A stretch of 64,000 nucleotides of DNA from contig CAXXQS010000001.1 in assembly GCA_963674735.2 (NCBI GenBank), forward strand, positions 1,984,001-2,048,000, read 5' to 3'. The DNA is from Myxococcota bacterium. GTDB lineage: Bacteria > Myxococcota_A > SURF-8. Made by a program: the position numbers and the translations under genes. This document shows, piece by piece, positions 40,141 to 50,127 of this stretch (within the stretch, counting starts at the first letter, position 1; each line of letters begins with the position of its first letter). Below the pieces are notes generated by a model that did no database searches, had not been told where the DNA came from, and saw only the letters and a list, made by a program, of their open reading frames with translations.

Positions 40141-41013
40141 TTGCTACGATACTTGGGAAGTTTAAGTGTTGTCTCAAATGAGACTACCTCCACGCCGCAT
40201 ATCCTCCCAATAATATTCTTTGTAGTCATGACGATTCTGGTTTGGCTATGCAAACTGCCGAGCACCTACGAGCAGTTGGGAGATGAAGCTGCAAGTTTTG
40301 GTAGCCTGCGAACATCGGGACCATTCTCCGGCTTCAAAGATATTTGGGAATACGCACCTATAGGAAAAGTGCTATTGTTTGTTTCTACCCTTGTTCTGCT
40401 CGGATATGCAAAAACTGCGGCACTGAGCATTTTCGAGGGATACCAAGACACTATCACGATTTTCGGTAGCCAAAAACCAACTATGCTCTTAATCTCTTCC
40501 GGGTTGGCAATGAGTGTACCTTTAACAATCCTACTTCTTCCGCTGAATTATTGCATATCCATACGCCTAAACAGCCTGCTTTGTGCGCTTGCCATCGTGC
40601 TTGGCCTTTTGCTGTACGCGATTCCGACATCCGGGTGGTGGCTGCTGCTTTTTACTTTTACTGGGGTGGTCTTGATCAATACCGCATACTGTGTGTTGAT
40701 AGTTCGCTTCATCGAATACACCCTCACAGCGTCGCCCGTCGGACGCGAGGGCAGCATAGCCGCGATGGTGAGCGTGGTCTGGCTAATCTCAAGATTTTTC
40801 GATAGAGGGCTGAATACCGTACTGAAAAGCCAACAAATGGCCGACTGGACATACAACTTGGTTGTAGCCATCGAGCCGCTTGCCAGCAATGCCCACGCGC
40901 TTTGGTTGATTGTCCTCGTAGCGGTACTTCTAGGCGCGATACTACTTTTTATGTTCCGAGAATATCTATTCGGAGAAAACAGCCCGGTTAATAATAGAAA
41001 TTTAACTGACTGA
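40141..41013 (+). CDS. Multi-pass membrane protein, possibly a partial MFS-like transporter
   Basis: About 7 hydrophobic segments. The TTG start is doubtful and no diagnostic motif was seen. Confidence 0.4.
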   Translation: MLRYLGSLSVVSNETTSTPHILPIIFFVVMTILVWLCKLPSTYEQLGDEAASFGSLRTSGPFSGFKDIWEYAPIGKVLLFVSTLVLLGYAKTAALSIFEGYQDTITIFGSQKPTMLLISSGLAMSVPLTILLLPLNYCISIRLNSLLCALAIVLGLLLYAIPTSGWWLLLFTFTGVVLINTAYCVLIVRFIEYTLTASPVGREGSIAAMVSVVWLISRFFDRGLNTVLKSQQMADWTYNLVVAIEPLASNAHALWLIVLVAVLLGAILLFMFREYLFGENSPVNNRNLTD

Positions 41014-41202
41014 ATAATTTGGTTCCCTTCCTTCTGCCTATTTATATTTCCCGTGCTGTATACGGGCTATCAAATCGCTTCTAGCCACGGAACCAGGCGT
41101 AACAGACCGGAACCAAACGGAAAAAGCAAAGTCCTCGGAATCAAAGGGAGATACGGCCAAGATCGTGTAGTTGTTAGCAAATTCCGGATTCGGTGGGAAT
41201 TA

Positions 41203-41225
41203 TTCGATTCCCCCCGTCTCCACCA
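41203..41225 (+). other. tmRNA/tRNA 3'-end fragment (att core)
   Basis: TTCGATTCCCCCCGTCTCCACCA, a T-loop plus acceptor 3' strand. Preceded by CGGAACCA repeats (about 41088-41118) and followed by an integrase end. Confidence 0.72.
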
Positions 41226-41241
41226 TTGTCTTCTTGTATTA

Positions 41242-41412
41242 TCAGACAGTTATAATTTTCCAGCCGTTTTGTGCGGCTATTGTGCGATTGCGATTCAGCA
41301 GTTGCACCGCCTCTCGTTTCACATTCGGACTGAGATGCATGTAGCGCATTGTCGTGCGAATGTCGGCATGACCCAGCAACTCTTTGATGGTCTGTGGGGT
41401 CTCACCAAGCAT
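41242..41412 (-). pseudogene. Tyrosine integrase C-terminal remnant
   Basis: TIKELLGHADIRTTMRYMHLSP, the LLGH...Y catalytic box. Confidence 0.82.
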
Positions 41413-41526
41413 GCTCCAAATGCGGCTGGATCAGCCCCGTCAACTACGGGCGGGCGTACTTGTCAGGCAAACTGGAGGTCGCCGCATGAGCCCCAACTCC
41501 TGAGTGTCCACCTTTCCAGGGGAGGA

Positions 41527-42214
41527 TCACTCCGACGACCAGACCGAGCAGCAAGCGCTCGACCGTTTTTCTTTCATGCGTTTTTTAGGGATAGAACTTG
41601 GCGACGCCGTTCCGGACGCCCAAACCCTCTGGCTGTTTCGTGAGCGGTTGAAGGAGGTCGGTCTGGTCGAAACGATTTCCGTGTAGTTCAATGCGTTTCT
41701 TACCCAGCATGGCTTTGCGGCCCAGAAGGGTCAAATCGTGGACGCGAGTATCGTGTCCGTGCCCAAACAGCGCAAGCGTCGGGACGAGAATGAGAAGATC
41801 TAGCAAGGCGATGCCCTCGACGACTGGAGTGAAGCGAAGCGGCGGCAGAAGAATGTGGATGCGCGCTGGACGAAGAAGCGAGGCGTTACCTACTATGGTT
41901 ACAAGAATCATATTTACGTAGACGTGAAACACAAGTTCGTCCGAAACTACGCCGTGACCGACGCAGCGGTTCACGACAGCCAGGTGTTTGATGAGTTGCT
42001 GGATGAATCCAACACCAGCCGTGGCGTATGGGCGGATTCCGCCTATCGTTCGGAAGAGAAAATACAGAACCTGAGGGCCAATGTTTTCCGCGAACACTTG
42101 CATCACAAGGGCTATCGCAATCGACCCTTTACGGATTGGAAGCAAAGAGGCAACTGCACGCGAGCCAGAGTGCGCAGCCGTGTTGAGCACGTATTCGGGA
42201 TTCAGGCGAGATGA
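41527..42214 (+). mobile_element. IS5-family transposase remnant
   Basis: DRFSFMRFLG...VPDAQTLWLFRE, IVDASIV, DARWTKK..YGYKNH, ADSAY, RSRVEHVFG; two in-frame TAG stops. Confidence 0.85.
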
Positions 42215-42305
42215 ATCGGGGTAAATGACACCGGTCTCAAAACGCATCGATAGAGGTTGCCATAATATAATCCCCGTCAAATGGCGAAGACTTTGTCAAC
42301 GGTCT

Positions 42306-42331
42306 GAACGGGGAGGTTTCCCTCCCCGTTC
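42306..42331 (-). terminator. Hairpin downstream of the giant surface-protein gene
   Basis: Perfect 11-bp stem GAACGGGGAGG-TTTC-CCTCCCCGTTC, 13 bp past the stop. Confidence 0.65.
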
Positions 42332-42344
42332 GGAAAGTCCGAAA

Positions 42345-45300
42345 TTATACAAACCACCTTCTTCGTCGTCGAGCTGCGATCAGGCCAATGATCATTGCCC
42401 CGATCAACTCAAGACCGTTGCCGGACCCAGAGGTCGTGTGGCATCCGCCATCACCGCCACCAGTTCCCTCATCGCCATCGACGGGCGATTCATCACCATC
42501 CACCTGCGGCTCGTCGCCATCCACCGGCGGTTCATTACCGTCCACAAAATCCCCATCTCCGTCATCACCGTCCTCGAATTCATCGCCGTCTTCAAGGGGA
42601 TCATCGCCATCCGCGACATCGTCACCGTCAACCTCTCCGTCACCGTCAACCTCTCCGTCACCGTCCACAACTCCGTCGCCATCCACGGGTTCGTCACCAA
42701 CGTGGATGCAGGCACCCGATTCACAATAGTCATCGGTGTAGGCGATCCCATCATCAGGACATGCCGTACCATCGGCTTGCGCACCGTAGTCCTCGGCATC
42801 TTCCTCCGAATTGCAGATCATGCAGGGATTATTCGGATCCTTCTGATCTTCGGCGACACACGCTCCCTCGATCAGACAGCCGGCATAGAGCACATGCTCA
42901 CACAGTCCCGCACCGTCACATTCATCCGCCGTACATTCCAGGGAGTCATCCGAACAAGGATAACTTTCCGCCTGGTAGCTCCAACCGGCCCGATCCTTCT
43001 CCGGATCGCAGACTTCGCATACGTTCTGGGGATTTTCAGCGCCACCCTGGAAGGTATCTTCACCGATAACACATTCGTCACGATCGACGTGCTCGCAAAC
43101 GCTGCTACCATCGCAGTAGTCATCTGTGTAATCCAAACCGTCGTCCGCACAAGGAACCCCGTTCGTTTTGGCGGAAAAGCCGTCGGTCGCCAGATTCGGC
43201 AGACAGGCCTCGCAATCGTTCGCCGGATTGTCGACGTCTTCGGCAACGCAGGCATCTTCGATCAGACAACCGGTGTAAAGATTATGCTCGCAGGTCCCCT
43301 GACCATCGCAGACGTCCCAGGTGCAATCCAAATCGTCCGTTTCGCAAGGGAAGTCCACCGCGCGGGTCGACCAGGCCACCGGGTCGTTATCCGCATCGCA
43401 GAATTCGCAAAGGTTGGCCGGGTTAGCGGCATTGGCGTCGTACACGGTTTCATCGATCAGGCACTCGCCCGTCTTCTCATGCGTACATACACCCTCCTGA
43501 CAAGAATCTGCCGTATAGACGATATCATCATCCGTGCACACCACACCATTCGCCACAGCGCTATAGGCCGATATGGAAACAGCGGGAATACAGGCCATGC
43601 ATTCATTGTTCGGATCGAGCGTATTCTCTTCGACACATGTATCCTCGATCACGCAGCCCGTATCAATGGGATGAATGCAGCTCCCGGTGCCGTCGCAAAC
43701 ATCGCTTGTGCAGGCCAGTTCATCATCAGCACACGCCGTCTGGTTCGCCAGATTGGTCCAAGTGGTTTTACTGACGGAAGGCTTGCAATACTGGCAATCG
43801 TTATCGGGATTCAGGTCGTTCTCGCTGTAGGTAACATCCTCAATGACACAATACTTGCTGTCGTCGTGAATGCAACTTCCCTGCCCGTCGCAATAGTCGT
43901 CGGTGTAGTCGAATCCATCATCCGTGCAGGCCACGCCTACTTCTTTCGAAGAGTACGCATCTGCCGTCGTATCGGGGATGCAGGCGGCACACTCGTTTTC
44001 GGGATCTTCAGTCCCTTCGGCGACACAGGTTTCGTCGATCAGACATCCCACGGTAAGTTCGTGCGCGCACGCACCTTCACCATCACAGAAATCGGCGGTG
44101 CAATCCCGTTCATCGTCAGAACAGGCCACCGATGTGTCGCTGGGCGACCATTGATCTTCCGACTCCAACGGCGCACACACTTCGCAGACATTCTCCGGGT
44201 TGCTCTCGCCGTCGTCATAGCTTTCATCACCGATATTGCAAATACGGATGCAAGCACCGCCTTCCATCGGGCAGCGCCACCCGTTCTCGATGTTCAAACA
44301 ATTTCCGCTGCAGCCATCTCCCGGCTCGTTGCCGCCATCGTCGCAAAGTTCACCAGTGACAACCGTTCCGTCTCCGCAGTCGGCGGTACAAGCCGAGGCT
44401 CCGGTGTCCGAAACGAACCCGTTCTCACAGGGTATACAAGCGATCTTCCCTGTCTGGCCCGCATAGGTATTGGTCGGGCAGTCATCACAGGCAACTTTAC
44501 CCGACTCTTCCGAGAACGTCCCCACCGGGCAGGCTTGGCAGGAGGTTGCACTGGCTGCGTAGGACCCCGCCTCGCAAACGTCGCATACCTCCGCGCCCTC
44601 GGTATCGTTCACATAGCCTTCCTCGCAGGGGATACATTCGCTTTGTCCGGTGAGCTCGACGTATGTTCCCACAGGACAAGCCGTGCAACTCTCGCCGCCC
44701 GTTTCCGAAGCGTAGGATCCGGCAGCGCATGGTTCACAAGCAGATGCTCCGGACTGAGCGGCATAAGTTCCAACCGCACAAAGTTCACATGACTCGCTGC
44801 CTGTTGCGCTGGCGTACGACCCGGCGGCACAAAGCACACAAGCACTCTGTCCGATAAGATCGTTGTACGTACCCACAGGGCAGAACTGGCAGGCATCATC
44901 GCTCGTCATCCCACTGCTCGGATTGTACGTTCCCGCCGCACACGCGGAGCATGCCTGTCCATTCCCCCAATAGCCAGGATTGCATGCACAGGTGAAGGAA
45001 CCGTCCGTATCCGTGCAGGTACCATTGGAATCGCAGTTGTCTGCCTGCGTGGCACATTCATTGATGTTGCTACATGTGGTGCCATTACCTTCGTAACCTT
45101 CATTGCAAGTACAGGTAAAGGAACCTTCGATATCCTCGCAGGTGGCGTTGTCGTCGCAGTCGTCCAGGTTTGCTTCACACTCGTCGACATTCACACAGAC
45201 GATGGCACCTTCCGACGAATCGTAACCGTCCGGGCATTCTTGGCAAGACGTTTCCCCTGTTGACGAGTTGTAAAATCCTTCCGGACAATTTGTGCAAGAC

Positions 45301-48300
45301 GCTGCTCCGGCGACCGCGTTGAAGGTCCCAGCCGGACAAGCGTCGCAATGCACGACATCCAAGACGGGATCATGGGATCCGGTATTTCCCGTACCGGAAG
45401 CAAACTCACCCGGTGGACAGGCAAAGCAGGCGCTAAGGGCGGTAAACGGAGCGACGGTTCCCTCCAGACAGAGCGTGCATGAGGTTTGCCCGGTTTCCCC
45501 ATTGTAGGAACCCAGTTCACAAGGACTGCAGGATTGGCTGCCGGTTCCACTGGAATAGTATCCTTCGGGACAAGGAGTGCAGGCCGCCTGTCCCATATTT
45601 TCGCTGTACGTTCCGGCAACGCAAGCATTACAACTGGCCTGCCCTGCCTGATCCTGATACGTTCCGGCAACGCAGTCTTCACAACTGGCCTGACCCGTCT
45701 GATCGTTGTACGTTCCGGCGGCGCAGGCATTACAACTGGCCTGCCCCGTCTGATCCTGATACGTTCCGGCAACGCAGTCTTCACAACTGGCCTGACCCGT
45801 CTGATCCTGATACGTCCCGGCAACGCAGGCTTCACAACTGGCCTGACCCGTCTGATCTTGATACGTCCCGGCCGCGCAGGCATTACAACTGGCCTGCCCT
45901 GTCTGATCCTGATACGTCCCGGCCGCGCAGGCTTCACAACTGGCCTGCCCTGCCTGATCCTGATACGTTCCGGCAACGCAGGCATTACAACTGGCCTGAC
46001 CCGTCTGATCGTTGTACGTTCCCGGCGCACAGTATGCGCAGGAAATACTCCCCGCTTCGTCGGCATAAGTTCCGGCCTCACAAGCTATGGGTGAGGTGCT
46101 TGCATCGGCGCAGGAGTACCCCTCGGGACAGATCAAACATGAAAGAAAGCCTGTTTGGTCGGCGTAGTAGCCGTTACTGCAAGCCACTGGAGCGATACTT
46201 GCATCGGCGCAGGCATGACCTGTCGGACATACCGTACATTCTGTAGACCCAGAATTATCAGCGTAAAAGCCTTCATCACATGGCGTACATTCCGTGCTTC
46301 CGGTGCCAGAGGCATAGGTTCCAACCTCACAAGCTATGGGTGAGGTGCTTGCATCGGCGCAGGAGTACCCCTCGGGACAGATCAAACATGAAAGAAAGCC
46401 TGTTTGGTCGGCGTAGTAGCCGTCACTGCAAGCCACTGGAGCGATACTTGCATCGGCGCAGGCATGACCTGTCGGACATACCGTGCATTCTGTAGACCCA
46501 GAATTGTCGGCGTAAAAGCCTTCATCACATGGCGTACAAGTAGTTCCATTCCCGAAGTAACCCGCATCACACGCACACGTAAAACCGCCCGCTGTGTTTG
46601 TGCAGCTGGCGTTTGCGTCACAGTTGTTGCCGCCGCCTTCGCCCGAGCACTCGTCGTAATCGGTGCAGGTCACGCCGTCACCCGAGTATCCGCTGTTGCA
46701 GGCGCAGGTGAACGATCCTGCCGTGTTGCTGCAAGTAGCGTTCGCGTCACAGTTGTTGCCGCCGCCTTCGCCCGAGCACTCGTCGTAATCGGTGCAGCTC
46801 ACGCCGTCACCCGAGTATCCGCTGTTGCAGGCGCAGGTGAACGATCCTGCCGTGTTGCTGCAAGTAGCGTTCGCGTCGCAGTTGTTGCCGCCGCCTTCGC
46901 CCGAGCACTCGTCGTAATCGGTGCAGCTCACGCCGTCGCCCGAGTATCCGCTGTTGCAGGCGCAGGTGAACGATCCCGCCGTGTTGCTGCAAGTAGCGTT
47001 CGCGTCACAGTTGTTGCCGCCGCCTTCGCCCGAGCACTCGTCGTAATCGGTGCAGCTCACGCCGTCACCCGAGTATCCGCTGTTGCAGGCGCAGGTGAAC
47101 GATCCCGCCGTGTTGGTACAGCTGGCGTTTGCGTCGCAGTTGTTGCCGCCGCCTTCGCCCGAGCACTCGTCGTAATCGGTGCAGCTCACGCCGTCGCCCG
47201 AGTATCCGCTGTTGCAGGCGCAGGTGAACGATCCCGCCGTGTTGGTACAGCTGGCGTTTGCGTCGCAGTTGTTGCCGCCGCCTTCGCCCGAGCACTCGTC
47301 GTAATCGGTGCAGCTCACGCCGTCACCCGAGTATCCGCTGTTGCAGGCGCAGGTGAACGATCCCGCCGTGTTGCTGCAAGTAGCGTTTGCGTCGCAGTTG
47401 TTGCCGCCGCCTTCGCCCGAGCACTCGTCGTAATCGGTGCAGCTCACGCCGTCGCCCGAGTATCCGCTGTTGCAGGCGCAGGTGAACGATCCCGCCGTGT
47501 TGCTGCAAGTAGCGTTTGCGTCACAGTTGTTGCCGCCGCCTTCGCCCGAGCACTCGTCGTAATCGGTGCAGCTCACGCCGTCGCCCGAGTATCCGCTGTT
47601 GCAGGCGCAGGTGAACGATCCCGCCGTGTTGCTGCAAGTAGCGTTTGCGTCACAGTTGTTGCCGCCGCCTTCGCCCGAGCACTCGTCGTAATCGGTGCAG
47701 CTCACGCCGTCACCCGAGTATCCGCTGTTGCAGGCGCAGGTGAACGATCCTGCCGTGTTGCTGCAAGTAGCGTTCGCGTCGCAGTTGTTGCCGCCGCCTT
47801 CGCCCGAGCACTCGTCGTAATCGGTGCAGCTCACGCCGTCGCCCGAGTATCCGCTGTTGCAGGCGCAGGTGAACGATCCCGCCGTGTTGGTACAGCTGGC
47901 GTTTGCGTCACAGTTGTTGCCGCCGCCTTCGCCCGAGCACTCGTCGTAATCGGTGCAGCTCACGCCGTCACCCGAGTATCCGCTGTTGCAGGCGCAGGTG
48001 AACGATCCCGCCGTGTTGGTACAGCTGGCGTTTGCGTCACAGTTGTTGCCGCCGCCTTCGCCCGAGCATTCGTCGTAATCGGTGCAGCTCACCCCGTCGC
48101 CCGAGTATCCGCTGTTGCAGGCGCAGGTGAACGATCCCGCCGTGTTGCTGCAAGTAGCGTTTGCGTCACAGTTGTTGCCTCCGCCTTCGCCCGAGCACTC
48201 GTCGTAATCGGTGCAGGTCGTGGGCGACGCGCCATTGCACAGCCAACCGCTTTCGTCCTGGCAAGTGGAACTGCAGCCGTCTCCGCTGTCGGTGTCGCTG

Positions 48301-49697
48301 TCGTCGCAAGTTTCCCCGGATTCAACGGTCCCATTGCCGCAAACCGAACCGGCTTGAATTATCAGCGTGTAGTCCTCCGCTTCGCCATATCCTTGATCGC
48401 CCGTGGCGGTCGGCGCACCGTCATACTTCAACACAATACGCATGCGTGTTGACCCCAGACTTGCCGTGGCGGGAATCGTGATGGAAGTACTTGCCGTCAA
48501 CGGGTTCGTTGTCTCCAGCGACCCATCAGTTAAAACCGTAAAGGTCTCGCCGGAATCCCCGAAATTGTCGTTCTGGTTCCAGTCGATAAATGCGCTAATA
48601 TAATACGGATCAAGCGCATCACTGCTTGCCACCGTTATGCTCAACGTATGGGTGTCTTCGCGCGAAACCGTTGTGGATACGGAGGTGTAATCCCCATAGC
48701 CGTCGGTCGATTCGTAGCCGGTGTCTTTGTCGATGGTGTTGAACGTAACGTTGCTGATGGCGTCGTAGGTATTATCGCAGGTGATCGCCAGAGCGGATTG
48801 GACCGAAATCGTAAACGCCTCGGCAAAATTGTAGGTTCCGTCGTAGCTGTTGATGCGCACGGAATAGCTGCCCGCCGTCAGCGAGGCATTGGCCCGCAGG
48901 CTGGTCCCGCTGATGTTGAAGCTGCCGTTATCGGTGTCACCCGCGCCCGAAACAAGCGAGTAGGCATGCGTATCGCCACTGTTGGCGTCGGTGGTGCTCA
49001 GTGTGCCGACCACCGCATTGACGCCCGCGCCTTCGCTCAAAGTGTTGTTGCTCAGCGAAATATCCGTCGGAGCCATTGGTCCCAAAGTCCCTCTAATGTA
49101 AATCTCGTCGATGGCGGAGTTCGAGCCGCTGTCGATGACTCCAGACCACCCGCCGAGCGCCGTTGTATTGCGGGGCATCCAGCGAATACCAACGCTGGAG
49201 TTGGCCTCGCAGGCGCTAGGAAGTGAGTAATTGCTGATCGAAGCCCAGTAGCTCGATCCGGAATTCGGACTGCCCGGCAAATCCACTGTCGCTCCGTCGG
49301 TCCAGCCGGAACCGCAGTCATACTGCATCTTCCAGTACCGGGGGGAGGATTCGAAAGATGTCGCGTAAGCAAGATGCAGGGACGATACGGTAATGTTGGC
49401 AAAGCCCACCGTGCTGATATTTACATTCCAGTTGTCCGAAGTGGAGTCCCAGCCATCGTTCGAGTTGGCCTGAGTGCTGTTGGGCAGCCCCACACCCGAC
49501 CAGAAAAGCGCCGAGACTCCGGAAGTATTCAGTTGTTTACCCACATTGGCGCTTGCTCCGCCTGCGCTGTTGTTGGAATTCCAATAGGCAATATCATCGG
49601 CAAACGCCGTACCGACAAACAACAGAATAAATGCCAGCACTTGCGTTGCCGTTTTTAGTAGTGCCACCCAACGTCTGGAGGTTGCAAATCCCATCAT
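42345..49697 (-). CDS. 2450-aa Cys-rich surface protein: cadherin-like, GEVED, DUF4215, 13+2 Ca-EGF, GCC2/3-like repeats, MYXO-CTERM-like anchor
   Basis: Signal peptide, APTDISLS...VGTLSTTD, FIDWNQN...GEAEDY, CGNGTVESGETCDD, DYDEC...CxNTAGSFTC, CxAGTYQDQTGQASC, and tail GGC...TM...RRRRR. Confidence 0.9.
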   Translation of the reverse strand: MMGFATSRRWVALLKTATQVLAFILLFVGTAFADDIAYWNSNNSAGGASANVGKQLNTSGVSALFWSGVGLPNSTQANSNDGWDSTSDNWNVNISTVGFANITVSSLHLAYATSFESSPRYWKMQYDCGSGWTDGATVDLPGSPNSGSSYWASISNYSLPSACEANSSVGIRWMPRNTTALGGWSGVIDSGSNSAIDEIYIRGTLGPMAPTDISLSNNTLSEGAGVNAVVGTLSTTDANSGDTHAYSLVSGAGDTDNGSFNISGTSLRANASLTAGSYSVRINSYDGTYNFAEAFTISVQSALAITCDNTYDAISNVTFNTIDKDTGYESTDGYGDYTSVSTTVSREDTHTLSITVASSDALDPYYISAFIDWNQNDNFGDSGETFTVLTDGSLETTNPLTASTSITIPATASLGSTRMRIVLKYDGAPTATGDQGYGEAEDYTLIIQAGSVCGNGTVESGETCDDSDTDSGDGCSSTCQDESGWLCNGASPTTCTDYDECSGEGGGNNCDANATCSNTAGSFTCACNSGYSGDGVSCTDYDECSGEGGGNNCDANASCTNTAGSFTCACNSGYSGDGVSCTDYDECSGEGGGNNCDANASCTNTAGSFTCACNSGYSGDGVSCTDYDECSGEGGGNNCDANATCSNTAGSFTCACNSGYSGDGVSCTDYDECSGEGGGNNCDANATCSNTAGSFTCACNSGYSGDGVSCTDYDECSGEGGGNNCDANATCSNTAGSFTCACNSGYSGDGVSCTDYDECSGEGGGNNCDANATCSNTAGSFTCACNSGYSGDGVSCTDYDECSGEGGGNNCDANASCTNTAGSFTCACNSGYSGDGVSCTDYDECSGEGGGNNCDANASCTNTAGSFTCACNSGYSGDGVSCTDYDECSGEGGGNNCDANATCSNTAGSFTCACNSGYSGDGVSCTDYDECSGEGGGNNCDANATCSNTAGSFTCACNSGYSGDGVSCTDYDECSGEGGGNNCDANATCSNTAGSFTCACNSGYSGDGVTCTDYDECSGEGGGNNCDANASCTNTAGGFTCACDAGYFGNGTTCTPCDEGFYADNSGSTECTVCPTGHACADASIAPVACSDGYYADQTGFLSCLICPEGYSCADASTSPIACEVGTYASGTGSTECTPCDEGFYADNSGSTECTVCPTGHACADASIAPVACSNGYYADQTGFLSCLICPEGYSCADASTSPIACEAGTYADEAGSISCAYCAPGTYNDQTGQASCNACVAGTYQDQAGQASCEACAAGTYQDQTGQASCNACAAGTYQDQTGQASCEACVAGTYQDQTGQASCEDCVAGTYQDQTGQASCNACAAGTYNDQTGQASCEDCVAGTYQDQAGQASCNACVAGTYSENMGQAACTPCPEGYYSSGTGSQSCSPCELGSYNGETGQTSCTLCLEGTVAPFTALSACFACPPGEFASGTGNTGSHDPVLDVVHCDACPAGTFNAVAGAASCTNCPEGFYNSSTGETSCQECPDGYDSSEGAIVCVNVDECEANLDDCDDNATCEDIEGSFTCTCNEGYEGNGTTCSNINECATQADNCDSNGTCTDTDGSFTCACNPGYWGNGQACSACAAGTYNPSSGMTSDDACQFCPVGTYNDLIGQSACVLCAAGSYASATGSESCELCAVGTYAAQSGASACEPCAAGSYASETGGESCTACPVGTYVELTGQSECIPCEEGYVNDTEGAEVCDVCEAGSYAASATSCQACPVGTFSEESGKVACDDCPTNTYAGQTGKIACIPCENGFVSDTGASACTADCGDGTVVTGELCDDGGNEPGDGCSGNCLNIENGWRCPMEGGACIRICNIGDESYDDGESNPENVCEVCAPLESEDQWSPSDTSVACSDDERDCTADFCDGEGACAHELTVGCLIDETCVAEGTEDPENECAACIPDTTADAYSSKEVGVACTDDGFDYTDDYCDGQGSCIHDDSKYCVIEDVTYSENDLNPDNDCQYCKPSVSKTTWTNLANQTACADDELACTSDVCDGTGSCIHPIDTGCVIEDTCVEENTLDPNNECMACIPAVSISAYSAVANGVVCTDDDIVYTADSCQEGVCTHEKTGECLIDETVYDANAANPANLCEFCDADNDPVAWSTRAVDFPCETDDLDCTWDVCDGQGTCEHNLYTGCLIEDACVAEDVDNPANDCEACLPNLATDGFSAKTNGVPCADDGLDYTDDYCDGSSVCEHVDRDECVIGEDTFQGGAENPQNVCEVCDPEKDRAGWSYQAESYPCSDDSLECTADECDGAGLCEHVLYAGCLIEGACVAEDQKDPNNPCMICNSEEDAEDYGAQADGTACPDDGIAYTDDYCESGACIHVGDEPVDGDGVVDGDGEVDGDGEVDGDDVADGDDPLEDGDEFEDGDDGDGDFVDGNEPPVDGDEPQVDGDESPVDGDEGTGGGDGGCHTTSGSGNGLELIGAMIIGLIAARRRRRWFV
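45570..46030 (-). repeat. 51-bp coding tandem repeat (about 8-9 copies, GCC2/GCC3-like)
   Basis: C(V/A)AGTY(Q/N)DQ(T/A)GQASC(N/E)(A/D) units. Confidence 0.88.
46075..46538 (-). repeat. Duplication with 249-bp period inside the giant gene
   Basis: PCDEGFYADNSGSTECTVCPTGHACADASIAPVAC...SPIACE occurs twice. Confidence 0.85.
46540..48215 (-). repeat. 129-bp coding tandem repeat, 13 copies of a Ca-binding EGF domain
   Basis: ccgagca(c/t)tcgtcgtaatcggtgca recurs every 129 bp from about 46642 to 48190. Confidence 0.95.
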
Positions 49698-50127
49698 GTT
49701 TTCCTCATTTCAATATCTGATTCAGTTTTCTACGTTGCCCGCATCGGAGCTAGCGGGCTTCGCAATAGCTTGGTCGATCATTACTCACTGATAAAAACGT
49801 CTCGGGCGTCACACAGGCTCTTTTACAATCGGCATTCTTGGAGCCAGTACGCAAACGTTGCCTGCCTATTTGCCTACTCATAACATCGACCATAAAACTT
49901 AAAATTGAAGTGCTATTTGGGGTCGCGACTCTTTTCCGTCAATCCTCAGACAAGCGGAGAGTCGTAAAAGCCTTTGAGATCATGCAGATATACGCGATTC
50001 GAAGAACACGATACCCGCTCGTGGATACCGAGAACACCATCAGGCGCGATTCGGCGGCACCCGCATGAGAGTAAACAACTTTTATGCGTGGGAGCGAAAC
50101 TCGAACGTTCCATATTTCGGATTAAAG

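Noticed and set aside
41053-41643. 196-aa ORF and related ORF 20433-20780
   Set aside because: They span att, integrase and IS5 debris; their shared peptide is the antisense of the duplicated integrase end.
46540-48215. Regular repeat array as a CRISPR
   Set aside because: The units are contiguous 129-bp in-frame coding repeats with no unique spacers, and no cas genes are present.
42225-48452. Long plus-strand ORFs 42225-44792 (855 aa) and 46404-48452 (682 aa)
   Set aside because: Antisense shadows of the repetitive giant gene; no motifs.
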